From NCBI GenBank assembly GCA_963675525.2, contig CAXXSL010000016.1, positions 288,001 through 352,000 on the forward strand: a stretch of DNA of 64,000 bases. The letters are read 5' to 3'. This stretch comes from Anaerohalosphaeraceae bacterium (lineage in GTDB: Bacteria > Planctomycetota > Phycisphaerae > Sedimentisphaerales > Anaerohalosphaeraceae). Positions within the stretch are counted from its first letter, which is position 1. The number at the start of each line of letters is the position of its first letter. This document shows positions 10,786 through 22,400 of the stretch, piece by piece. The position numbers were made by a program, and so were the translations under genes. The notes beneath the pieces are model-generated. The model ran no database searches, was not told where the DNA came from, and saw nothing but the letters and a program-made list of their open reading frames with translations.

Positions 10786-11568
10786 ATGAAACATCGACAA
10801 GCTTTTACGTTAATTGAATTATTGGTTGTTATAGCGATTATTGCCTTGTTGTTGGCGGTTATATTGCCCTCGCTCAAAAAAGCGAAAGAGTACGCCCGCA
10901 AAGTGGTTTGTCAATCCAATGAGCATCAGATCGCGCTTGCCATTGGAACTTACCAGGTAGATTCTAACTATGATTTCCGTAACTTCAAAACGGCAGTTAA
11001 TATGACCGCGAATCAATTATCCAAGCATTGGTTTTGGGCGAATGGGACCTCAGATTATGCCCATGAACCGCAACCGAATGCGGTAAAGTTTCTCATGGAT
11101 AATAATATGTTACCAACGTATGAGGTGTTCTTTTGCCCGGGCATCAGAAACCTGTCTTATGATAAGAATTATGCGGTTAGCGATGTATTAGCCGGCAATT
11201 ATATTCAGAGGGAAACAGGGACGATCTACACGGAGATTGCCAATGGGACGCTGCCTGCCAATGACCGCCCCTTGTTCTGGAGTTCTCATGTCTGGTTGTG
11301 GAAAAAAGAGCTCAGGGCGCAAGTTGCATCGGTCAATGATATGTCCAGCAATGCGCTGATGTGTGATATGACGAATGATGCCTGGGGATTTGCACAAAGC
11401 ACGAATACAACCCTTGATAACTTTTTTGATGCGGTTGGAATTTCCAGATCCTTTCAGCATAACAACGTGTTAATGGCGGACTTGAGCGTAAACAATCCCA
11501 GCGATAAGGATGAAGAGGTTGTTCAGTGGTTGTGGAATTCGGACCTCTGGGCCGGAGTTGGGTATTAA
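10786..11568 (+). CDS. Prepilin-type N-terminal cleavage/methylation domain protein (PVC pseudopilin-like)
   Basis: MKHRQAFTLIELLVVIAIIALLLAVILPSL..AKE.A...CQSN; degenerate H...N.LMAD C-terminal motif. Confidence 0.9.
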   Translation: MKHRQAFTLIELLVVIAIIALLLAVILPSLKKAKEYARKVVCQSNEHQIALAIGTYQVDSNYDFRNFKTAVNMTANQLSKHWFWANGTSDYAHEPQPNAVKFLMDNNMLPTYEVFFCPGIRNLSYDKNYAVSDVLAGNYIQRETGTIYTEIANGTLPANDRPLFWSSHVWLWKKELRAQVASVNDMSSNALMCDMTNDAWGFAQSTNTTLDNFFDAVGISRSFQHNNVLMADLSVNNPSDKDEEVVQWLWNSDLWAGVGY

Positions 11569-11700
11569 GACCAACAGGATAATTGGGTATAAAAGTTTAA
11601 GTAAATCTAAAAGTATATTATGAGGAATCAATGTCTAAAAGCAGATTGAGAATTACATCGGTTTATCGACTTTCTTTTTGTAATATTTTTTTGTTCTGCG

Positions 11701-11811
11701 GCATTTGATGATAGAGATATTTTAATGCAGGATTTCAGTGTCAACAGTCTCGGCGATAAAGACGAATAAGTTGTCTATTGGCTGAATTCTGATCGATGGG
11801 TTGGTGATTAA
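11701..11811 (+). pseudogene. Relic of the 3' end of a paralogous prepilin-like gene
   Basis: Translates AFDDRDILMQDFSVNSLGDKDE*VVYWLNSDRWVGD*, compared with upstream SFQHNNVLMADLSVNNPSDKDEEVVQWLWNSDLWAGVGY. Confidence 0.8.
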
Positions 11812-11877
11812 TATCATACTGATTATCAATGCAGTGTATAGGTAATCAAATTAGTATAGTAATATATTTTCACTCTG

Positions 11878-14800
11878 ATGGGGTCTTCAATGCAAAAATA
11901 TTCAGCGACCGTTATTTTATTTTTATTCTATTCTTGCCAATTGCTTTTTGCATCAGTACCGATTTCCGATGGACTTGTTCTGCATCTGGATGCAAATTCG
12001 ATAGCTGGGGTATCGGATGGTAATCCGATCAGTCTCTGGACGGATTTGTCCGGTGTGGGTAATCATGCAACACAAACGACCGCGGGAATCCAGCCTGTGT
12101 ATGATGCAATCGCTGCGGACTTCAATGGAATGCCGGTGATTCATTTCGACGGCAGTGACGATTGGATGACATTGCCTTCAACCACCGTATCAGTAGGCTC
12201 GTTTACGGCATTTGCAGTCGCTAAATACGATCACACGAGCAGCAATCAATATATCATGGCCGGGCAGGACGGCGGTGGAGATGACCGGATACGTTTTGCC
12301 GTGGATACTTCGTCACCGGTTGTTTTTGAGTATCGAGCGGGTACTTCCGCGTGGCGCAGCATAACCGCATCAGCAGATCTGCAGCCTCATATATTTGGTA
12401 TGACCTCGGATGTTGAGGGATTTTGGGATGGAACGAGTGTTGGGACATCCGGGAACACCTCAACAGAGAATCCGACAGCGTTTAACCTGGGTTCCTATAA
12501 TCGTGGCCAAAAGGACTTCTTCGCAGGCGACCTCGCAGAACTGATAATTTACAATCGTGTTCTGACAAGTGCAGAACAAAATGAAGTCGGCGTGTATCTT
12601 GAAACAAAGTATGGACTGGATACATCCTATGCCGCTGTTTTTCCCCAGGTACACTCGCCGGATCCTTCCAACGGCAGTCAGAATGTATCATTAGACGCCG
12701 TTTTGAACTGGCAGGCGCCGACCGAAGTCGCAAGCCCGGTTTATAATGTATATTTCGGAACCACGGATACATTTCCCACACTGGTTTCGGAGGGGCAAAC
12801 GGATACTTTCTTTGATCCGTATGGAGCTTCTTTGATGCAGCCCGGACAAGTGTATAACTGGCGTGTGGATATTCAAGGGGTCGCAGAGCAGGGGCCGGAC
12901 TGGAGTTTTGCTACGCGGCCGGAATCCCAGACTTCGCTGAAGGCGGATCTAAATGAAGACAGTATCGTGGATATCCAGGATCTATCCATGCTGGCTCAAC
13001 GATGGCTTGATCTTACGATTGAACCGGTCGATATTGACCAGAGCGGCAAAGTGGATAATAGTGACTTCTCGTGTTTTTCCTCTTCTTGGAAGAAAGAGGG
13101 CCCGCTGCCGGGGAGCTATGTGATTTCTCGTTATAGTCAGGGCGACTTCAAGGTCGCTTATGAGGGAGAAATATGTTCAATCTATGTTGATTCTGCTGAT
13201 TATACGGTTTGCCAAATTGCCGCTGAATGCCTGGCGGACGATATTGAACGTGTCTGTGGGACAAAACCCACCATTGTGCATGACACGACGGGACTGAGCG
13301 GTCATGTCATTTTCATTGGAACGCTGGGGCATAGCACGGGCATTGACGCATTGGTTTCCGGCGAAATGATCGATGTTTCGGATGTTAGCGGTCAGTGGGA
13401 AACCTTTGCTTTGGAGGTTGTTGACAATCCTGTTGCTTCTGTTGAACGAGGTTTAGTGATTGCCGGCAGTGACCGACGCGGCACCGCCTTTGGGGTGTTT
13501 GATTTATCGGAAAAAATGGGAGTTTCGCCGTGGTTCTGGTGGGCTGATGTGCCGGTTCGTTTTCGTGAGCAGGTTGTTATCCGGGACGGGCGATATAAAG
13601 TAGGACCGCCTTCCGTTAAATATCGCGGGATCTTTATTAACGATGAAGACTGGGGATTGCATCCCTGGGCGAGGAACACCTATGCGCCGGAGGATGAATA
13701 TATCGGCCCGAAGACATATCAAAAAGTCTTTGAACTACTTTTACGTCTGAAAGCCAATCATATTTGGCCAGCCATGCATGACTGTACGAAAGCATTTAAT
13801 GCGTTTGCAGATAACAAGGTGATTGCAGATCAATATGCCATTGTAATGGGATCGTCACACTGTGAGCAGATGCTTCGGGATAATGTCTGGGAATGGTATG
13901 AATGGACTCCTGCGGATGGTTCCACACGGGGCAGTTGGGACTGGTGTACCAACAGCGCACAAATAACTGAATACTGGGCCGATCGTGTCGAGGTTAACGC
14001 GCCTTACGAGAATGTCTATACCACCGGGATGCGGGGGATTCATGACGGCAGCATGCCCTGTTCCGGGGCGACCAATGCCCAGAAGGTGCAAAAAATGGAG
14101 GATGAAATTTTCCCTGCTCAGCAACAGATGCTTGCGGACTGGGTCAATCCGGACCCAACGACAGTACCTCAGATTTTCTGCCCTTATAAGGAAGTCCTTG
14201 ACTTGTATAACATGGATATGCAGGTGCCGGATGATATTACGCTTGCCTGGCCGGATGATAACCACGGGTATATCCGCCGGCTTTCAAATTCGACGGAACA
14301 GGCCCGCAGCGGCAGATCCGGCGTGTATTATCATATGTCCTACTGGGGAAGTCCCCATGATTACCTCTGGCTGTGTTCCACACCGCCGGCGCTGATCTGG
14401 GAAGAAATGAAAAAAGCGTATGATTACGGTGCAGACCGAGTTTGGATTTTCAATGTCGGAGACATCAAACCGGCGGAAATCTGTATGGAGTTTGGCCTTC
14501 GTATGGCTTGGGATATTAATCAATATGACCAGACAAATATCCAGGACTATCTTGAACAATGGGCCTGGCGCCAATTCGGTCCGGAATATAAGCAACAGAT
14601 TGCCGAAATAATGGTTGCATATTATCGCCTTGGAATGACGCGAAAACCTGAGCATCTGTCTTCCGGCGGAGCGACGTTTACCCCCGTGTATTATGGCGAC
14701 GAAGTACAGCAGCGTATCGATGCCTATCAAGCGATTGAAGGTCAGGCCGATGCGATCTATCAATCCCTCTCTGACATATATAAAGATGCATTTTACCAGC

Positions 14801-16522
14801 TTGTGTTATACCCGATTCGCGGTGCGAGTCTGATGAATCAAAAAATTCTCTATGCCAACAAAAGCATCCAGTATGCGGCACAGGGGCGTATGAGTGCGAA
14901 TGACTTTGCAGCGATGTCGCAGAATGCCTATGACCAAATCATTACAGAAACGGATTTTTACAATGATACCATGGCCAATGGTAAATGGAAGTATATGATG
15001 AGTTATAATCCACGAGGACTGGCGGTTTTTAATATGCCTGCAACTTCCACCGTTACTCCGGTGAGCGGTTCGTCAATGGGCGTGATCCTTGAAGGACAAA
15101 CCAGTGAGATTTCAGATTCCAATGAACCGACTTTACCTTACAGTGATACTTTTTCCGATGGACAGGCAGATGGCTGGCAGCCGATTACGGCCACTCGCTG
15201 GGACGTGCGTGCCAATGGAGCAAAAATGGAATACGCCATTAATACAACGGATTATACGAATCTTTCCGGTGACCGGCTGGGAGAGATGTCTGTCATTGAG
15301 GATCATACCTATGAAAACTTCGATTTCAGTTGCCTGGCACGAAGTTGTGATGACTTCGGTTCCAATTCATCAGCAGACCTTGCATTTGTCTTTGGATATG
15401 TTGATGAGCTGAATTATAACTATTTAATTATGAGCAGCAGTGCGACGAATTCCGGTTTGTATCGTATTGTCGGCGGCACTCGCTCACAAGTGCAAATGGC
15501 CGGCACCGGTATTCCGGATAATGCATTTTATTTGCTTGAAGTCGAAAAAAACATATCTGGCTTGACTGTCCGATATAATAATCAGACTATCATGACGACG
15601 ACGGCGTCGTTTGCGGGCGGACTGATCGGCGTGGGTTCTTATAATGATTCAGCTGCTTTTACGGAGATTAATATTACCCCTCTGGGGGGAGGTTCCTCAG
15701 TCGAGATGCTTCCGGAATTTGATGTGTTTACTCAAAATCAGCATTTTATTGATATTTTCAACAATGGCGACACGGCCTTTACATGGACGGCAACCCCTTC
15801 GGCAAGTTGGATACAATTGGATCAATCAAATGGTACCATTGATACACAACAACGCATCTGGGTCAGTATCGATTGGGATCGGGCTCCCTTTGGTCAAAGC
15901 AATGAAACCATTGAAATTGCCGGAACCGGCAGGACTGTGAGCGTAAACCTGAGCGCATTTAATCCTGCGTCACCCCGGCCGAACGACATCAATGGCTTTG
16001 TTCAATCCAATGGATATGTCAGCATCGAAGCTGAACACTATACCAATAAGACGGATCGAAGCGGGCGCGGGATGGGAACCGATTGCGACACTGGGAAGAA
16101 GCGGGGATACAATGACCGTTCTACCGACAACAACCCCAACCAGGGAACAGATCGCGGATATCCTGGCGAATAGTCCCTTGCTCGAATATGAGATCTATCT
16201 GTGGGATACCGGACAGCAAACAGTAGCGGTCCATTGCATTCCAACGCATGCAATTACTTCCGAACATGGATTGCGCTATGCAGTTGCGTTTGACGATCAA
16301 ACCCCGCAGATTGTTGATTATGATACGGTCGAATGGAGCTCACAATGGAGTATTAATGTACTGCAGGGGGCAGCCGTTTCCGAAAGCAGTCACACGCTTT
16401 ATGCCCCCGGGTCACATACACTGAAAATCTGGATGGTTGACCCCGGCGTTGTCGTAGATAAGATTGTCATTGGTAATGCGCCGGCCAGTCATGTCGGTCC
16501 GCCGGAAACCGCAATTCGGTAA
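11878..16522 (+). CDS. Modular GH115 alpha-glucuronidase (LamG-like + dockerin-like + GH115 + DUF1080-like insert + GH115 C-terminal domain); one frameshift near 16063
   Basis: GH115 motifs GSDRRGTAFG, PSVKYRGIFINDEDWG, WPAMH, GSSHCE, GMRGIHD, NVGDIKP; the C-terminal domain (HTLKIWMVDPGVVVDKIV) is in the next frame. Confidence 0.88.
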
Positions 16523-16541
16523 TTATTATCAGGGGGATACT

Positions 16542-16754
16542 ATGAAGCCAAGCGTTAACTTGATCGCGTTGATACTGATTTGTTATTGTCCGCTTCTTAT
16601 GGCGGAATTAATTGCCGGTAATGATGGAACTCAGGCTACGACGGCCAATCAGCCGGTTTATGTGGGCAGTGATGCGGCCTATATTGTTCATGCATCCGTT
16701 CAGTTTGACGGCGCAGATGACTGGATGGATCTCTTGTGGAGGATCGAAAGATGA
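16542..16754 (+). pseudogene. Deleted remnant of a LamG-module gene; 5' end nearly identical to the gene at 19493
   Basis: [23 protein letters not shown] followed by the fragment AGNDGTQATTANQPVY...FDGADDWMDL. Confidence 0.8.
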
Positions 16755-19418
16755 AAAATAAAGTTTTAGTTGTATTAAGTATATTACTCATGGCCGCGAC
16801 GTCTTTTGCGGGGACGCTTTCCATTACCAACCCCGGGGTTCGAAACAGGACACGGCCCCTGTGGTCGGTGCGACGGGTTGGACCATCACGTCGGGCGGTA
16901 CCGATTGGTTCACCACGACTGCGGGTTGCTCCGGATTCCGCTGTTGACCCCGACGTTGCTGCCGAAGGCGACAACTGGCTTTCCGGGAATCGGTTGGCTA
17001 CTGGCGCCGGATCGAGCAACAACCCGCAGAAAAATTATACAGTTGATCGATATCTCTGCGGACGCGACGCAGATTGATACTGGAACCGCGTCAGTGACCC
17101 TTGACTTTATGTTTGCGGACAACGACCAAAACGACGACGCCACAGTAAACATTAGCTTCTTCTCAGATGTTGCCGGTACGACGCCGATCGGGGGCAGTCT
17201 CACGACCGGGATTATCACAGAGACAGGAGGCGGATACAACCTGCCTGCACCCTGGGCCGCGCGCAGCCTGTCAGGCGCGGTACCCGCAGGAGGCCCGTTC
17301 GCTCGAGATTGAAATCTACAATAATCGCACCAGTGGGTCGGCAGGAAATGTACACTTCGATGACCTGAGCGGGTCTATTGCAGAGTCTGTTCCCGTTTCG
17401 CCAGTCGACCTTGTTACCGGCAATATGATGCTGATGAATGAGAATGCCGGCTGGTGCTGGTATCAGGATGAAAAGATTATTTATGACCCTGTCGATAATG
17501 CTGTTATCACCAGCACGACGAATGATAATTCAGGTTTCGAAGGTCCTGTGAGGGAGGCAGATATTGATGCAACGACCTTTAATATTGATACAGGTTCACG
17601 TACGCGTGTAACCATGGCTAACATTTACTCCTACGGGAGTGGAGATGACCACAATATGGGCGCTTTGTGGAGACGCCCTGACGGCAGATATTTACATATG
17701 TACGGGGGGCACAACGCCAACGATTACAGCTACTACCGGACCACTGTTAACCCGAATGACGGTACTTCCTGGTCGGCGCAAAGCTCTTTTAACTGGGAGA
17801 CGCTTAGCGGTCTTTCAGACAGCGGTAATCTTACCTACCACAACCTTCATTATTTGTCGGCTGAGGGAACCGGCAACGGCCGTTTGTACAATATCTCACG
17901 GCAATTTGATCGAAGCCCCTATCTCGTTTACTCGGACGACTGGGGAGAGAACTGGACCTATGCCGGAAAACTTTCTTCCCCCGATACAGGCAGCAGTTAT
18001 TCCAACGGTTACTACAAATATACTTCCAACGGTGTTGATCGCATTGATTTTATTGCTACTGAGCACCATCCTCGCGATTACAATAACAGTATCTATCATG
18101 GCTATATTCAGGGCGGCAAGAGCTACAATTCTTCTGGAACTGAGATCGACGATAATATTTTCAATGAGACCGCTCCGGGACCAGAGGATTTTACACCGGT
18201 ATTTACCGCCGGTTCGGTGGCAGCAGGGCAATATCACACGGCATTGGACCATTGAACTGGAACTTGACGAAAACGATTACCCTGTTTGCCTCGTTTATCA
18301 CACGTTTCGGTACGGATTCATACGGTGGTGAGGCAGGCGCTGCAGACCATCGCTTATTCTATGGGCGTTTCAACGGCTCATCGTGGACGATCACAGAGTT
18401 ATGCAAGATGGGACCGGGTATTCAAACCTCTGAACAGGATTACACCGGTCTCGGCTGTATACATCCTGATAATTCCAATCTGGTTTATATCTCTACGCCT
18501 TTCGATCCCTCTGATGATACACCGCTTGACAATCATGAGATATTCAAAGGTGTAACCGCCGACAATGGTGCAACATGGCAGTGGACACAGATCACATTCG
18601 ATTCTACGGTTGATAACCTGCGTCCTGCTGTTCCCAGTTGGGATGCCAATAATACGGCGCTCTTCTGGCTGAGGGGGTATTCTGCAGTTGGTGGTGGCAA
18701 CCCAGCGCAGAACTTCGACCAGGTATTGGTGGGAATGATCGACCGTCACAATGAAACAATTAGTTTGGCCACTTATATTGATGCGGACCCAAGTAATACC
18801 ACAGAAGCAGACAGTTCGCCATTTACACCCACCGGCCCGAGCGGCAGTTCTGGTGCCGCAGACGATCAGTGGCACGAATACACAGAATACGGAAACGCAG
18901 GCAGTTGTTATACCGCCGATGAATTGTCTGAAGACGCTCCTATGTTGAAGACGACCATAAGCGGCTTGTCAGATGGGACCTACGATGTGTTTGCTTACTT
19001 CTGGTGTGATCCGTCCAGGGACTGGGGCGTAGCCGGTGGATTTACACCCTCTAATATACTCTACTTCAACCGACAGTCCTCTCAACATGCCGAGGCATCT
19101 GAATTCTTCGGTTCTGTTCGTGTTGTTGATTTCGGAGCGATTCTTTACCGCGTTTATATCGGCCGCAGGGAAGTGGTTGGAGGCGCTCCGATTGATGTGT
19201 ATATTGATGACTATGACAGTTCTCTTATTAATGGGGCGGATCGTGCCGTGTATGACGGTGTGGGCGCAGCCAGTGTGATACCGGATTATGCCGGCGATCT
19301 CTACCGAGATGGGAAGGTCAATTACATGGATATAGCGGTCCTTGGACAGGGCTGGCAGACGATTTACGATATCGATACATTAACCGATATCGCAGAGAAC
19401 TGGCTGGCAGGACTTTAA
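16751..19418 (+). CDS. Secreted BNR-4 repeat beta-propeller protein with N-terminal jelly-roll domain and C-terminal dockerin-like motif; about 5 frameshifts
   Basis: Signal peptide MKNKVLVVLSILLMAATSFA; AGWCWYQDE, DDHN, SDDWGENW, TADNGATW Asp-boxes; GDLYRDGKVNYMDIA; stitched from four ORFs. Confidence 0.75.
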
Positions 19419-19492
19419 TGCCGAATGCAATATTGCCATGCTTGAGCAGTCGAAAAATATTCTGGTATTAGATATAAAATTCAAAGGTTACG

Positions 19493-22400
19493 ATGAAGCC
19501 AAGCGTTAACTTAATCGCGTTGATACTGATTTGTTGTTGTCCGCTTCTTATGGCTGAATTGCCGGTTACGGACGGTTTGGTCATGCATCTTGACGCGAAT
19601 TCGATTAGCGGAGTCTCGAATGGCAGTCCAATCAGCATCTGGACGGATCTTTCAAGTGAAGGTAACGATGCCACTCAATCCACGTCCGGAATTCAGCCGT
19701 TGTATATCGCCAGCGAGCCCGCTTTTTCGGCTTGCCCGTGGTTCGCTTTGACGGCTCAGATGACTATATGAACCTGCCTTCGACAGCGGTCAATGTCGGA
19801 TCTTTTACGATATTCGCGGTTGCCCAATATAACCACCTAAACAGTAGCCAGTACATGGTTGCCGCTCATGACGGTACCGGAGATGATCGTCTCCGGCTTG
19901 CTGTAGATGGAGGCACGGTATTCGAATATCGTGCAGGAAGCACCGGGTGGAAATCGGTCACTGCTCCGGCGGATTTGGATGTCCATCTGTTTGCCATGAC
20001 TTCTGATGTCGAGGGTTTTCTGGATGGGACGAGTGTCGGGACGGCTTCAAATAGCTCGACTGAAAATCCGACAGCGTTTAACATTGGTTCGTATAACCGG
20101 GGCCAGAAGGATTTCTTCTCAGGTGATTTAGCGGAACTCATTCTTTTTAACCGTGTACTGACGACACAGGAAATTGCCGGCATGAGTGGTTATCTTGAGC
20201 AGAAATATGTATTTTCCAGTTCGGGTCCTTCGGCACCGATCGGGCTTGTCGCCACTGCCGGTGACAACAGTATCAGCCTTGACTGGATCAACACCGAGCC
20301 GGATCTGGCCAGTTACAATGTCTATCGTGATACGGTCTCCGGCGGACCTTACACACAGATTGCATCCGGCGTCCTAACCAGTGACTATGTCGATAACACA
20401 GTGGTCGACGGCACAACGTATTACTATGTCGTTACCGCGGTGGACACCAACGACGACGAAAGCGGTTATAGCAATGAATCTTCAACGATCTATGAGGTTC
20501 CATTTTGTCTTGTTGGTGATCTGCACTTTGACTGCGTTGTTGACCTGCTTGATCTGGTGGAGTTTGCCAGCCAATGGCTTGGCTCTGCCGGAGTTTCCGC
20601 TGACTTTGTCGGTGACGACGGTGTTGATATTGCTGACTTTGCTGTTTTTGCAGAAAACTGGCAGCGTGAAGGTGACTTTTCCGTGGTGATCAATGAGATA
20701 CATCACAATCCGGACGGTCAGGTTGAATTGGTGGAATTTGTAGAGCTGTACAATCCTTCACCCTATGGGGTGGATATATCGGGCTGGCATTTCTGTGATG
20801 GTATTACGTATGAATTTCCGCCGGGGACGATCCTGCCTGCCGGAGGCTATATTGTGGTTGCTGAGGACGCGAGCCTGGCCTATGCGCCGATTACGGTTAT
20901 GGGTAAATATGGTGTACCCTCAAACCTTGTCTATGGCCCGTTTGCCGGCAGTTTTTCCAATGGAGGGTGAGAAGATAGAATTGTGCAACAGCTTTGGAGA
21001 AGAAATCGATCAGGTCGATTATCAGTTGGGTTTTCCCTGGCCGACGGTGGGCGATGGGCGATTCGATCCAGTTGGTAAATTCTCAAGTGGACAATGATAT
21101 GGGCGGCAGCTGGCGAAGTGCCTATCCGACGCCGGGAGCTGAAAATACAGTGGTCTATACAAATAATATCCCACCGCATATTCGCCAGGTGGAACATAAT
21201 CCGCAGGAGCCTGCTTCCAATGATGTCGTAACAATAACTGCCAAGGTTACCGATTCTGATGGTGTTGCTGCTGTGATATTGCAGTATCAGGTGGTTGATC
21301 CGGAAGCTATATTCCAATTAATTTTCTCGACTTGTCGGAAAATCCGGCTTATGAGGATCCTTCAAACTGGACGTCTCTGGCGATGAATGATGACGGTACC
21401 GGCGGCGATGAATTTGCCGGTGATGAGACTTACAGCGTCCAGATGCCGGCTGGTTTACAGACACATCGCAGACTCATCCGCTATCGAATAAAAGTAGAAG
21501 ACACGGGGGGACGTAATGTGACGGTTCCTTACGACGACGATCCCCAGCCAAACTTCGCGTATTTCGTCTACGACGGCGTGCCGGCATGGAGTGGAGCCGA
21601 TAGGCCCGGAGTGACGCCTGTTGTGACATACGATGTCAATGTCATGAATTCCCTGCCTGTCTATCACCTGATCGCCGTAGAGTCCGATGTTCTGGCTTGC
21701 CAGTATAATTCGGCTTATAACAATGATGTTTACCGTTTTGCCGGCACCTTAGTGTATGACGGCGAGGTTTACGATCATGTTCATTTTAGAGTCAAGGGCC
21801 AGTACAACCCTTATCGATCTGGCAAAAATAGATGGAAATTCAGATTTAACCGCGGCCACTACTTTCAGGGACGTGATGACTATGGTAAGAAAAATCCCTA
21901 TAAGTGGGAATTGATGAATCTGTCGTCCTGCATTAACGTATGGAATTGGGAACGTATTCGCGGTGCTTCAGGTATCGACGAGGCTTCCTGTTTTCGCTTT
22001 TTCAACATGGTGGGTACGCCGGCCTGCACGACCAATTGGTTTCAATATCGTATCATTGACAGTGCCGTCGAGACCCATCCGACCGATCAATACACCGGTG
22101 ATTTCTGGGGATTATACATGACCATCGAACAACCCGGCGGCGATTTTCTAAAAAGGAACGAGCTGGACGACGGAAACGTTTATAAAATGGGCGGCGGGAC
22201 CGGGCCTAGTAAAACAAACCAAGGGGCAACGCAATCTATTGATTTTTCAGATCTCAACTCGTTCTGGAGCACCAGCGGATACAACAAGACCAACCCCATT
22301 CAGGCCGAGACATGGTGGGATCAAAATGTTAAACTTGATGCCTATTACGGTTATCGTTCGGTCATGATAACTGTCAATCATCACGACCATTCCGACAACC

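Noticed and set aside
11569..11877. Diversity-generating retroelement template for the pilin C-terminus
   Set aside because: Differences are not adenine-specific, they include an indel, and there is no reverse transcriptase in the window
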